Origin: a virus
Reading direction: 5' to 3' (one strand)
IMG/VR virus record: IMGVR_UViG_3300037258_000352
Coordinates: 32,001 to 96,000 of that record
Length of the DNA stretch: 64,000 nt
In this document: one piece after another, positions 29,261 to 40,252 of the stretch
Layout: each line of letters begins with the position of its first letter
Position numbering within the stretch: the stretch's first letter is position 1
The notes under the pieces: generated by a model
The model's input: the letters and a program-made list of their open reading frames with translations, nothing else
Told to the model about the DNA's origin: nothing
Databases searched by the model: none
Position numbers and translations under genes: made by a program

Positions 29261-29868
29261 TGTCCCGGGGCGCCCGGTGGGTCACCGCGGTCCTCGTCGC
29301 GGCTGGTGTCGCTGTGGCGGGGTGTCAGAGCACCACCGCGACCCGGTCCCCGATCGTGATCTCGGCGGTGGACCCGGGGACGGTCGCGCCACCGTATGAC
29401 CGGGACAAGGATTTCGGTCGGGGGTGGGCCACCGTCCACGGGCACTGCGACACCCGCGAAGCCGTCCTCGAGCGTGACGCTGCGCTCAACGCGGTCGACA
29501 CCGACGGTGACGGCTGCAAAGACGACGGCCCGATCGTCGATTTGTACACCGGGAACACGATCCTGCCGGCGCAGGCGCAGATCGACCACGTGTACTCCCT
29601 GCGGCAGGCGTGGGTGGGGGGTGCGTGGAAGTGGAGCGCGGTGCAGCGCCGGATATTCGCGTTGGACATGGGGAACCTGCGGGCGGTGACCAGCGCGGTG
29701 AACGACCGCAAGGGGGACCTCGGACCAAGCCAGTGGCGCCCGCCGGCGCGGTCCGGGTGGTGCGGTTACCAGATGATTTTCAGGGCGACAGCGGTCCGGT
29801 GGAACCTGCCGATCACCCCCGCCGACGACACCGCTCTGCGGGACATGGCCGGGACCTGCCCCAAATAG
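29260..29868 (+). CDS. Lipoprotein HNH nuclease (DUF1524-like)
   Basis: Lipobox VAGC, CDTREAVLERD, IDHVY.L..AW..GA, NL.AV....N..KGD. Confidence 0.85.
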   Translation: MSRGARWVTAVLVAAGVAVAGCQSTTATRSPIVISAVDPGTVAPPYDRDKDFGRGWATVHGHCDTREAVLERDAALNAVDTDGDGCKDDGPIVDLYTGNTILPAQAQIDHVYSLRQAWVGGAWKWSAVQRRIFALDMGNLRAVTSAVNDRKGDLGPSQWRPPARSGWCGYQMIFRATAVRWNLPITPADDTALRDMAGTCPK

Positions 29869-30714
29869 CAACCGGCCCCGGCAGGTGATCTGGGGGGCCT
29901 GCCAGGGCCGGTGGGGGTGGGACGGAGGATCCCTTGGGGCCCTCAGATTACCTCATTCAGCGGCGGTGGCCACGGTCGTCGCCGCCACGATCATTCCAAT
30001 GGCCGCGACCGTCGTTCTGCCAGTGATCCCACGACCCGTGGCCGTAGCGGTCACCGTGCCAGTACCAGCGGGTGTTCTGGTAGCAGGCCTGGTTCCACCG
30101 GTTACGCCAGTCATCACAATCGACCCACCAGTACGGCTGAGCGACGGACACAGCGGGGGCAGACGACGCGGCGGGGGTCACAGTGGCAGCGGACGCGCTA
30201 CCGGCACCGAGTACAGCGGTCGCGGCTCCAGCAACGAGCAGAGCGATGGTCCCACGTGTGGCATGTCCAACCATTCGGGATCTCCCTTGCATCGAATCGG
30301 GTAGTACCCCATTGAGGACGCTGGGTGTCGTGTAGTCGTTGCCCGACTGGGCGGTAATCTAGACTGAGGGTGTAGCCGGTGGGGTGATGTACGTCGTTAG
30401 ACGTAGTTACCGTCGCCCGGGTCGATTTCTAGTTGCTCAGGTGGGATGTCTTCCCAGCCGGCGCTGTCTGCTGCGATCGCGCGGCAGTCCACGCACAGCA
30501 GGTGCGGTTCCCCCATGTACGCCGCCGGCATGACAGCGACCCCACCGCATTCCTCGACCTTCGGCACCGCACCCGTTACGAGGGAATGCGCGGTGTAAGC
30601 CCACCGCTGCCGGCAGACCCCGTCTCCACCGGTGACCCACCCGTTGATCGGATCAACCACGGGGGGTTCATCACTGGTCATCGCGCTCATGCACCTCCAA
30701 CACCGCCGACCGGT

Positions 30715-31323
30715 CTAGTACGTCGATCGCACTTCTAGGTAGAGGGCTGACGGTGCAGGTGGAGGGTCGATGCGGCACGACTTACTCATATGGCGGGAAT
30801 CGTCGTCAGCGACCAGCCGCAACCCAGGAAGGTCCCGGCGCGGACCACGGGCGAGGGCATCGCAGCACGCTTTAAGTAAGGGCCACCGGTTGTCTTCGTC
30901 CGCTCCCCGATTGTGGCCCGGTGCCCACACGAGGACGACGTCCATATGCCGGCAGGGCTGTAAACCAGATCTGGTGGCGACGACCGTGACGGCGTCGATG
31001 ACTTCTTTCACTGCATGATGACGCTTCGTCCAGTGCGCCCGGGAGTTCGCTTGCAGCGGGTCCCAGATGGGTCGGTGGGTGACCACCTTGCGTGTTTTCT
31101 GGTTGATCTTCGGCCAGCCACCCCGACCTGTTTTGACCTCGAAAGCGGTATCCCACCTCGGTAGCGGGAGGATCACCCACCCGTCTGGCGGAGGATCATC
31201 GAGGACAATGAGGTCCGCGATTGGTCCTCGGGTAGCCCGGTCCACGGGAAGTTCGAGCCCGTCGAGGGGGATCTGCCCGAAGTTATGACGGACGGTCACT
31301 GTGGATCCCCCGGCATCCGCCAC
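30715..31323 (-). CDS. RusA-like Holliday junction resolvase
   Basis: ANSR.HW, D.DN....KA..DAL, LVADD. Confidence 0.65.
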   Translation of the reverse strand: MADAGGSTVTVRHNFGQIPLDGLELPVDRATRGPIADLIVLDDPPPDGWVILPLPRWDTAFEVKTGRGGWPKINQKTRKVVTHRPIWDPLQANSRAHWTKRHHAVKEVIDAVTVVATRSGLQPCRHMDVVLVWAPGHNRGADEDNRWPLLKACCDALARGPRRDLPGLRLVADDDSRHMSKSCRIDPPPAPSALYLEVRSTY

Positions 31324-33424
31324 TGCCCGTCCGCGGTGAGCGCGTCCTCAACCCCACCCGCTGCTGCTGTGTACCCCCCGGAGCGGGTGAAGTGGTCACC
31401 CCTGGCGCGTTGCCGCCACTCCGCGACCAGGACCCGCAGTTGCCCTCTCAGAGCGCCGTGGCGCAACGCGGCCTGTCGGGAGTACTCCGCGCACGCGCAC
31501 CGGCACGACCCGTGGTCATCCATGATCTGGTTCCGTCGGGCGGGCGCGGGTGTTCGCGGCGATGATGTGAGTCAGGAGCGTTTTCGTGTCCGTCGTTAGC
31601 GCGTCCTCAACGTCGCCGGCGGCCACGTCGTACGCCACCCCGACCGCGATGTTCCCGGTGGTGCCCCGCACGCGCAGAGTCCGTGCCAGGGCCCGCCACC
31701 CCACCGCCGCAGTGGTCAAGGTGTCCCGGAACGCGGCGTGAGCGAGCGCGATTTGGGAACACAGTTCCCCGTCGGGGTTGTCGACCGCGCGGGTCAGGTA
31801 CTCCGTATCAGTGGGCAAGTCGGGACCGTATTCGAGCCCGGACTCGACGTTGACCCACGTAGCACCTTCCCTCCTGACTAGGAGGTGACTGGTCAGGCCG
31901 TAGGGGATCACCGCGACCTCAGGGAAATTAACCACCGTTAACCACCCCTGACCTGGATGTTTGTGGGGTTCGCTGCCCACCGCAGCAGCGCGCGGCCGGT
32001 GGGTGTCAACCGGTGGCGTTCCCCGGGGTCGACTAGGCCACGGCGGGTGAGCGCGGCCAGGAGACGGGGGGTGCCGATCACGAGTTGCGCCGCGTCGGGG
32101 CCGTGGGTGGCCAGGGTGACCCGGAACGACGTCCGCATGTTCTCCGTCAATAGTCCCCAGGTGTGGTCGGCGTACCCACCGCCGGGGAGCTCCACCCGCG
32201 ACACGGGGACCGTCCTAGTCATCGCCGGACCGTCCCGTCGGGGCGGGTGACTACACCCGTCGCGTGGGCGTTCAGGGTGATCCCGTCCCCGAGGGACTCG
32301 GCCAACTCCGGGCCGGTCGCGGTCCCCGCGCTGGGCGTGTTGGCCGGCGGGGCGGTAGCGAAGTGGGTACCGAGGACGACCCACGTGATCGTGCCGGTGA
32401 TCTCCGCGCGGTCGGTGTAGTTGTCGGGGTCGCCAGCGACGGCTTGGGTGATGGTGAGGTCCCCGCTGTGCGGGCCGCGGCGTTCCTGGTGGATCAGCCA
32501 CACCTCGTCGACGAGGGTGATGCTCAGAACGGTCCCGTCGCTGAACGCGAGGAGCCCACCGACGCTGTCGTGGGAGTCGCATGGGCTTTCGCCCTCAGTG
32601 TTGAGGGCGAAGAACTCTTCGCAGATGTCGCCGTCGATTTCGATGAGGTCGTCGCTGGCGCCGGTGATGATCACACTCATGGTGTCCTCCGTGGTGGTTG
32701 GTGGTGGAGCAGTGGGAGCAGCCCCGCTGCTTCGAGTTCCGCTTTCTTCGCTGCGATGACCTCCGCGAGGTCCCGTTGCACCGGCCCGGGTGGTGGCGTG
32801 AGCACCGCGGACGGTGTGGCGTGTTTGTGGGGTCGCTGCGTCGCCCACGCGTGGATCAACGCGACGAGCCGGGCGGTTTTAGCGTCCACGGTGGTTTCCT
32901 CCTCCATAGGTGTTCGCGAGGAGATCCTCGACCTCCCGGGGGACGACGCCGGCGACGTGGTTGACGACGAACCGTGATAGCGCGACCAGGACCCGTTGGG
33001 TCCGCGCGGCTTGCCGGGTCATCCCGATCACGAGGACCAGGTTCACGCCACCTACTAGGACCGTGACACCGACCACGAACAACGCCATGTGCTGACTCAT
33101 GGCGCGGGGGTGTGGTTAGCCATCCGGTCGATGACCCGCAGGGCCTCAATGAAATCGTCCTGGGTGGGTTCCGCGTCAGCGTCGGCGTACCGGACCACCG
33201 CGGTCGCGAGGGTCTCAGCGGCGTACTGGGACCCGACGGTGAGCATCACGAGCCGTTGCTCACCGGTCGCGACGGCCGCGTCAACGAACTGTGCCGCTTT
33301 CACGTGGAGAGCCTCGTCGTCGGCGGGTCCGATGGTGGTGTTCCACCGGTGGTGCAGGAGCAGGTGCAGTGCTTTCACCGCATCCTCCCGGTGTTGATCA
33401 TCGGTTTGCATGGTGTCCTCCGTG

Positions 33425-33535
33425 TCATTCCCCGGTTTCGATGGTGATCATTCGAGGGCCGGATCCCCGCGTGATCCGGCCTTTCGTCACGAGCTCTTGG
33501 AGTTGGTAGGCGACGCTCGACGGGGAACTCCACCC
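33425..33535 (-). pseudogene. LexA-like wHTH remnant lacking its N-terminus
   Basis: WSSPSSVAYQLQELVTKGRITRGSGPRMITI* with no start codon in frame. Confidence 0.55.
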
Positions 33536-34579
33536 GCCGGGCGTCGTCGTTACGGCCGGCGACCGCTGTCGCGTGGTGACAAGCCGCGTCTCTCGGTAAG
33601 CCGATCAGGTCGGGGTGCTCGATGTACTCGGCAGGGTAGTTCTCCCGGGCGTACACCCCACCCTCACGGTTCCGTTTCCACACGTGCATCAGCGCGGCGC
33701 CCTTGTCGAGGTCGCTCATCTGGTCCCACGGTGGCAGTCTGGACGCCTCTAGCCACTGCTTGGGGTGAGTTCCCCCACCGAGGCACCGGTTCAGGCGGGG
33801 GCCGTGACCCAACAGGACCGGCATGCCGCGATTCTGCCGTTTCGCCCACGGCACGACCTGGTCGCACACGATGCACGCCCCGAACCCGAACTTGATCTCC
33901 CGATATGGCATTGCCGTCCTCCGTGTCTGCTGGTGAGCCGCTGCTACTCCTGGTCGCTTCCTCCGGTGGGGTCTGGTGAGTCGCCGAACGTTTCCTCGTA
34001 CGTCCCGCCGCATCCTTCGCAACCCATGGTCACCTCCCCTCGGTCGGTTGGTCCCGTTCTGGTGAGTTACGCGTCGGTGTGGTGGGTGTCAGTCCTGGGT
34101 GGCCTCCTGGGGGTAGGCGATCGCGTCGGGTTGGTGGCCCTCGTCGAGGGACCGCTCAATGAACTCCTCGGGGGTTTCCCCGACGTGGCGGTGACCCGCG
34201 CCGTACTGGCCGCGACCCTCCGAACTCGTGCTGCGCATCAGCGTGATCTCCGTTCTGTGATAGTGGCCGGGCCGTGGGGCAGGCCGGGCCCGGCACGTGT
34301 AACCCGTTATGCGGCCCAGTAAGCGCTGCGGCGCGCCACCAACGCCCGACCTAGCTGAGGGTGGTTCGCGGTGTGCACGACACCGTGTACCGCTGCCCTC
34401 GACAACCGACCGGACTTGCTGAGCGTCGCGATCCCGGACTGAGTGATCTCGGCTGCGAGGACTGGTTTCCCTATGCGGGTCGCGTTCACGGTGCACACCT
34501 TGCAGGTGCACTCAACGCGGGTGGTCTCATCCATGTCAGCCTCCGTGTCTCGCGGGGTCCCGTTGACCCTCACACCTAT

Positions 34580-34607
34580 GTATCGCCGGGTCGGGCCCGG
34601 GTGTTAC
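34580..34607 (-). promoter_or_regulatory. ECF promoter GTAAC-N17-CGATAC
   Basis: Exact motif; -35 overlaps TAA stop at 34604. Confidence 0.75.
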
Positions 34608-34965
34608 AGCTGACCCCCGATCATTTCCGTCATGACAGCCCGCATTACCTGACCGTCATCAACAGACCCCCGCGAGCGTCCCCGTCGTTTCGGGCAGGGC
34701 TTTCTCCGTGCGTCGATCGGTCCGTTGGATGAGCTGTACGACGGGCCCGCGACCGCAGTCGCGCCGCAACGCTGGCAGGTCCCAATTTTGTGGTAGGAGT
34801 GGCCAGCGCGGTGGGAGTTGGGTCCGACGACCCATTTCAGTTCGTGGCCGTGGCCGGCTGCGCGTCGTGTGAGGGTCCGCACGGTGTGCTCGGTCTCTTC
34901 GATTTCGAGTTGAGTGGCCACGATCGTTGCCCTCCGTGTCTGGTTGGTCCGCACCAACACCCACA

Positions 34966-34994
34966 ACACTACATGCGAGGGTACCAACCGTCAA
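34966..34994 (-). promoter_or_regulatory. SigA-type promoter TTGACG-N17-TAGTGT
   Basis: Consensus, followed by hairpin leader. Confidence 0.6.
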
Positions 34995-35495
34995 TGGTGG
35001 GTTCCTGCGACTCGTGGTCGGGAACGGGGACGCTCCGGACCGGTCTCCCCCGCGTCATCCACAACCGGCCACTCCCCCAACACCACAAGCTCAACCTCAG
35101 TCACCCCGACCCGCAGATGCCCGACCCCCGTGACCGTGTTCCACCACCACCACTCCCGATCGTTCCCGACACCAACTAGCGCGCGGACAGCTTCCCGCTC
35201 CACTACACCAGCCGATCGGATCCGGGTCGTTAGCCCAGGGTCAGACAGTGAAACGCTCGCATGCCAAACTGGCTTGCCGTCGGATAAGCGCGCTCAACGG
35301 TCAACCGCGAGAATGATCGTGATCAGGTTCCCCCCTGGGATAATCCTGCGCTGGGTCAGCGGAGGTAGATCTTCTGGGTTGTTCGCCCGGTTCAGAGGAT
35401 GCTCAAGGGCATATCTCTGCTGGTCATCCATTACACACTCACTTTCTGGTTAATCGCCGAGTCGAACTTCCGGTTACCTTGCCGGTCCGGGCGGA

Positions 35496-36017
35496 TCACA
35501 GGACCGCCGTGAGGACCGCAGCAGCACCCAACCACGCGCAGTGCCACGACTGATCCAGCGCGTACGCACCGGTACCGAGTGTTGAGTTGTCCCACTCAAC
35601 TGGATCATCCTTTCCGGCCTCGTACAAATCCACTACGACGGTGTCGTTGGAGTCCCACGCAGCAAGATGTCGTGGCTGTCCGAGCTGGTAGAACCCACTC
35701 TTCCCGAGCCTGTCGCAGAGCCGTTGCAGCGTGAATCGGCGGTCGGCCCAGTAGTGCGTCACCCCAGACACGACCTGGCCGACGGCGAACCCCCACCACG
35801 TGATGGGTAGGTCGAACCCCCACCACACCGCACCCACCGCCGCTGCAGTGGTCAGGGTGTAGGTCAGGACATGCACACCGCACGCACGGCGACCTGGCCA
35901 CCCAGGGAGCTCCTTATCCCGTTCCTGGTCCCCGGTCTGAATCCAATGGTCGGCCACCGAGTGCGCGATCAGCAGCGTCACCGCGACCACCGCGAACGTC
36001 GGACCAGATGGCGTCAC
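35496..36017 (-). CDS. DUF3307-like membrane protein
   Basis: AHSVADHWIQT, H..TY, THYWADRR, LDQSWH. Confidence 0.8.
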   Translation of the reverse strand: MTPSGPTFAVVAVTLLIAHSVADHWIQTGDQERDKELPGWPGRRACGVHVLTYTLTTAAAVGAVWWGFDLPITWWGFAVGQVVSGVTHYWADRRFTLQRLCDRLGKSGFYQLGQPRHLAAWDSNDTVVVDLYEAGKDDPVEWDNSTLGTGAYALDQSWHCAWLGAAAVLTAVL

Positions 36018-36805
36018 GCCGGGACCTCCCCATCGGTGCCGGCGCGTTCCACCGCGGTGTAGTACACCGACAACTTGACCGGGGTCAGGTTCGGGCACGG
36101 TGGGTGCTCAACACCCCACGTCAGGAAGTAGCCGTCGGGGGTGTCGTGGAGCCCGAGGTGGTAGTACCGACCGTGGTCGACCCGGACGATGACCGGCTGG
36201 ACGTCGTAGGCGTCGAGGACCGGACCCAGCTTCGGGCGTTGACTGAGCAGCTCAAGGTCCGTACGCCACTGGGCACCCTTGCGACCCCGTTTCGGGATCA
36301 ACCATTCCCGTTCCAGGTTAGCTGACAGCCCTTCCGGGGCCTCCTGGCCGTCCGCGACGACGAACCCGAGACACTCCAGCTCGTAGCCCGCGCGGCGGTG
36401 CCACGTCGAGTCGACGCCCGGGTGGGCTTGTTTCCACGGGGTCATCACCTCGTCGTGGAACTGTTTGATCCGCGCGGACAGGGCCCGCAATGCCCCCGCG
36501 AGCTCGTCGCTCGCGCGGTAGGCGTACTTACTATTCGTGGTCATCGCTTCCTCGTTTCTGCGCTGCGGGAACTCGTCCCAGGGCCGGCTACGTGAACTCA
36601 AACAGGAGGGGGTGCCGTGACTTCGGTGGATCCACGACTCACCCTGGGACCGCACGATCACCGCGTCGGTGCAGTTCCGGCACACACCGACCAGCGCGTA
36701 CCCCACCCGCTCAGCCACGCGCGGGACCACACGCGCCACTGAAACGGGGATCGGATCAGCGGTGGTCCCGGCGATGGCGTGGGCGACTAGATCGCGGGTG
36801 CTCAT
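36014..36805 (-). CDS. Hypothetical protein (possible internal start 36544)
   Basis: Overlapping starts and stops in operon. Confidence 0.5.
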   Translation of the reverse strand: MSTRDLVAHAIAGTTADPIPVSVARVVPRVAERVGYALVGVCRNCTDAVIVRSQGESWIHRSHGTPSCLSSRSRPWDEFPQRRNEEAMTTNSKYAYRASDELAGALRALSARIKQFHDEVMTPWKQAHPGVDSTWHRRAGYELECLGFVVADGQEAPEGLSANLEREWLIPKRGRKGAQWRTDLELLSQRPKLGPVLDAYDVQPVIVRVDHGRYYHLGLHDTPDGYFLTWGVEHPPCPNLTPVKLSVYYTAVERAGTDGEVPA

Positions 36806-38181
36806 CGGGGGAACTCGTCCCAGGTTCGGCCGTCGAGGTCCCGGCCGCCGGCTTTAGGGGTCCGCCCGCCCCATTGTTTGAACAGGAACGGGACCCGCGC
36901 TGTCGTGGCCTGGTCCCGTAGCGCCCGGACCCAGTCCGGGTTCATCGGGCGGGTCACGGCACCCGACTCGCCCCCGACGATGACCCAGTCGATCCGGTGG
37001 CCGTAGGTGCCGGCGTGGGAGGACTTGCACTTGCAGTCGTCGACGCGGTCCACGAACCGGTTAGCGATCGAGCACCAGCCCTTATCGAGTCGCGGCGCGA
37101 GGGTCATGAACCGGTCGAGGTCCACCGCGGTCAGCAGCGGCTCACACGACAGGAAATGCACCGCGGCGGGGGTGTCCAGCAACGCGGGGATCCGAAGCTC
37201 GGCGCGCTGCTGGTCTTCGACGCTGACCCCCAACCAGACGCAGTCAAGTACCCGACGCTCACCCGGAGACGTAGGTCGGCCATGGATCGGCGTTGACCAT
37301 TGCCGTCCAGTGAGCACGTTGCGTACCTGCGTGTCGCTAACCGGGTAGTCCTTCGCGATCGAATAAGCCGATTCGCCGGCCTCGCCGCGTGATCGAATCG
37401 TCCCGACGTCGCGTTGAGTCAGCTTGGACCACGACTGCCCCGACCCGTGTTCGATGCGGTCCCCCCAGTTTGCGACCTGCGTCCCCCACTGCAAGTTCGA
37501 CCACCGGTTGTCGGCCGCGTCGCCATTGAGGTGCCGAGCCTGCTCATCTGCTCGGGGCGCCCGCGAGAACGCGTGAAGGACGGCCCGGTGCACGAGCACA
37601 GACTCACCTCTCCGCGGCGATCCCTCGCGGTGAAGACGGACCCGCATGTGCCCTTGTTCGCCTTCCTCCAGCCGCATCCCGGATCTCGTGTCGGCCCGCT
37701 TGCCGAGGATCTGGCCGCTGGTGGTGACGACGTATCCAGGGAAGCCGGGCACGGGCGCCTCCAGGTAAGGCTCCTCGATCTCCCCTGAGTACCAGCGGCG
37801 AACCCACGAACGCATCCGGCCGTGCCGTTTAGTTAGGATCTGATACCTGTGCTGCGGGGCGGCCCCCATTGACTGCCAGACACGGGCGATGAACTCGTCA
37901 GGAACGTCCTTATGAAACAAATCCGACATCGAATTGACGAATATCAGGCGGGGTTTTTTCCACCGCAACGGTATCGACAGGGCGTCGTCGTGGATCGTGA
38001 GCCCGAACCCGGGGCCGCTGGTCCGCGGGTCCCCATCGGTTTGGTATTTCGCCTGGCCCATCCCTTTGAGCCGGCCGGCCATGGTCAGGGCGTAGCAGTT
38101 GTCGCAACCGGGGGTCACGCGGTCGCATCCGGTGGTGGGGTTCCAGACCTTGTCGGCCCACTCGATCGCGGTGTCAGCCAC
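36802..38181 (-). CDS. Phage Gp37/Gp68 (DUF5131) protein with in-frame HNH endonuclease insertion
   Basis: IEWADKVWNPTTGC..GCDNCYA, FVNSMSDLFH, WLGVSVE, SCEPLL, WVIVGGESG, FKQWGG; insert VHRAV..RHLNGD..DN..SNL.WGT..N. Confidence 0.9.
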   Translation of the reverse strand: MADTAIEWADKVWNPTTGCDRVTPGCDNCYALTMAGRLKGMGQAKYQTDGDPRTSGPGFGLTIHDDALSIPLRWKKPRLIFVNSMSDLFHKDVPDEFIARVWQSMGAAPQHRYQILTKRHGRMRSWVRRWYSGEIEEPYLEAPVPGFPGYVVTTSGQILGKRADTRSGMRLEEGEQGHMRVRLHREGSPRRGESVLVHRAVLHAFSRAPRADEQARHLNGDAADNRWSNLQWGTQVANWGDRIEHGSGQSWSKLTQRDVGTIRSRGEAGESAYSIAKDYPVSDTQVRNVLTGRQWSTPIHGRPTSPGERRVLDCVWLGVSVEDQQRAELRIPALLDTPAAVHFLSCEPLLTAVDLDRFMTLAPRLDKGWCSIANRFVDRVDDCKCKSSHAGTYGHRIDWVIVGGESGAVTRPMNPDWVRALRDQATTARVPFLFKQWGGRTPKAGGRDLDGRTWDEFPR

Positions 38182-38348
38182 CAGTGGTCTCCACTTCGGT
38201 CATGGCGTACAGCCGCCAGTCGGTGTACCCGGCTGCCTGGCACTCCGCTAGCGATTTGCGGCCAGCGTCGAGGGTGGGGTGGACCTCCGCGTCCCAGTTC
38301 TCCACCAGCCGCCCACCTTCCGGGCCGGCGACGATGTACCCGGCGACC

Positions 38349-39389
38349 TCACGCATGGTCATCGGTGCCCGTCCCCGTCATCTCCTGCAGCATTGTGGAG
38401 CTCTTCGCGAGCTTCCGGGCGTTGTCCTCGGCGGTCCGGCACATCTCGGCGGTGATCCGCGGCTTGCCGTCTCTGTAGGTGTTCGCGATCCGGTACAGAG
38501 CAGCGGATGCGTAGTCGAGAATGGGGAACAGGTCCCGGTACACCGCGCGGTCGGCGTCGTTTCCACCAGCGACCGAGAGGGCGATGTCGCTACCGGGGTA
38601 CCAGTACCGATCCCGCGTCCGGTCGCGGTGCCACGTCGACGGGTCATCCCCGGTCACGTCGTGAACGTCGCGGTCGCAATACCAGTCGTACTGGTCGTGT
38701 TTCGTTCCACACTTCGGCGGGTCGGCGAGCTCGGTGTCGTCCTCGCACGGGGGCAGCGTGTGATACCGGCCTCGCTGGTCATCGGTGCGCTGAGCCAGCG
38801 GTGAGTCACCGTCTGTCCAGCGAATCCTGTAGGTAGAAGATGCGTGTTGCAGTGTGTGACGTTCCCCGCTCAACGGATGATGCAGCGTGTCGCAGTACAC
38901 GTCCCATTCTGGGTGCCTCGCTCGGCACCACGACGATGGACGTGATTCCGGCCCGTTCCATTCGTGGCCGCAATGCGCGCAGCGCAGCCACCCACCGATC
39001 AAGCGATCGTGGTATCGGCCGTCTTGGCGGCTCCACCGACACTCGGGACACGGCACTTCCTGTGGTTCCGCTGATGCCTGTGGTTGACCGAGATGGATGG
39101 GTCCGAGGGCGTCGTGGACGGTATGGGTGGCGTCGTCGCTGACCCACCATTCGAGCCCGAGCCCTGAGTTGCGGTGGTAGAGGTGACCGGTGCCGTGGGG
39201 GAGTTGGGTGCACCGGACGGTGTCCCGGTCGGGGTGTGGTTCTCCGCATTGCAGCGCCTCTACCGCTTGGCGCGCTAAGACCTGTCGCGTCTCCTCACTC
39301 AGAAGGACACCTGCGTAGTTGGCTTCGTCTGTGCTGTCATCCCACGCGTTTAGCACGCGTTGCACCTGATCGTCGGTGCTATCCATCAC
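38349..39389 (-). CDS. Hypothetical Cys/His-repeat protein
   Basis: Repeated C...H.....C.....H units; SigA promoter 39428-39456 and leader. Confidence 0.55.
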   Translation of the reverse strand: MMDSTDDQVQRVLNAWDDSTDEANYAGVLLSEETRQVLARQAVEALQCGEPHPDRDTVRCTQLPHGTGHLYHRNSGLGLEWWVSDDATHTVHDALGPIHLGQPQASAEPQEVPCPECRWSRQDGRYHDRLIGGWLRCAHCGHEWNGPESRPSSWCRARHPEWDVYCDTLHHPLSGERHTLQHASSTYRIRWTDGDSPLAQRTDDQRGRYHTLPPCEDDTELADPPKCGTKHDQYDWYCDRDVHDVTGDDPSTWHRDRTRDRYWYPGSDIALSVAGGNDADRAVYRDLFPILDYASAALYRIANTYRDGKPRITAEMCRTAEDNARKLAKSSTMLQEMTGTGTDDHA

Positions 39390-39459
39390 TTGCCTCCGTG
39401 TCGTTTGGGTCCCGCAACCCACCCATAAACCTACACCTACAGGTACTAGTGGGCAACCG

Positions 39460-39726
39460 TCACCGGTGTCGCCACCGGATGATGTTCCGCATCCACTGCC
39501 GAAACCGGCGACGCCTACCCCGACCACCCGACCGGATCGCAGCCAGCGCCGTGTTGACGTCAACGAACTCCAGTATCGGTTCACGGTCCGCTGCTTCACG
39601 CCACCGCGCGAGGACCTCCACGACCTCCTCCGTGCCGGGATGACCACCCCGCGCGATCTCGTCGAGGAGCCGGTCGTCGGCGTGAACCGCAGTGAGGTCC
39701 ACCGGTGGCTCGTGCTCGTCATCCAT
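39460..39726 (-). CDS. RsdA-like anti-sigma-D factor sigma-binding domain, soluble and truncated
   Basis: PVDLTAVHADDRLLDEI..LARWREAADREPI.E.VD.NTALAAIR + Arg tract resembles RsdA N-terminus; no TM helix. Confidence 0.75.
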   Translation of the reverse strand: MDDEHEPPVDLTAVHADDRLLDEIARGGHPGTEEVVEVLARWREAADREPILEFVDVNTALAAIRSGGRGRRRRFRQWMRNIIRWRHR

Positions 39727-39937
39727 CGCTGCCCCGCTTGGACTGGACCACCGTGAGCTGAAACTCCGCGCCGTCGTCGCAGCGGATCACCAGGCCCGTG
39801 TTCGTCGTCATCATCAACTCGTGCTCGAAGGTGTTGACCTCTTTCAACTGGTCCAGGAACTCCTCATCGTCGTCGGTGACCCCGGTCCCGTTGGTGAGGA
39901 GCCCGATTAGGGTCCGCACCACCCCTTGCTCATTCAT
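39719..39937 (-). CDS. Hypothetical protein
   Basis: V.TFE...MT.N.GLVI..DGAEFQLTVV.S; leader motif. Confidence 0.7.
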   Translation of the reverse strand: MNEQGVVRTLIGLLTNGTGVTDDDEEFLDQLKEVNTFEHELMMTTNTGLVIRCDDGAEFQLTVVQSKRGSDG

Positions 39938-39985
39938 GTCGTCCTCCGTGTCGTCGAGGGCCCACCGCTGGGGCCGTACACCCAT

Positions 39986-40013
39986 GTATCGAGATCCTGG
40001 TCCTGAGCGTTAC
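39986..40013 (-). promoter_or_regulatory. ECF promoter GTAAC-N17-CGATAC driving the RsdA-like unit
   Basis: Exact motif. Confidence 0.75.
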
Positions 40014-40252
40014 CCGGCTCCGGTGACGGGCACGTCGACGCACACCCGCCCGTCAGGTTTCGGTGGGGGCCAGGACCCGGAGCCATTCGCTGACGCCTAC
40101 GGTTTCCTGGCATCCACCGGACACCCGGACCACCGACGCGGCGATCTGCGCGAGCTGTGCGTGAACCGCAGCCAACGGTACATAATGTTGAGTATCTGTT
40201 CTCACTGATAGGTCTAGGAGACGTTCCGCCTCGAGGAAATGTTCAGGTCCGT

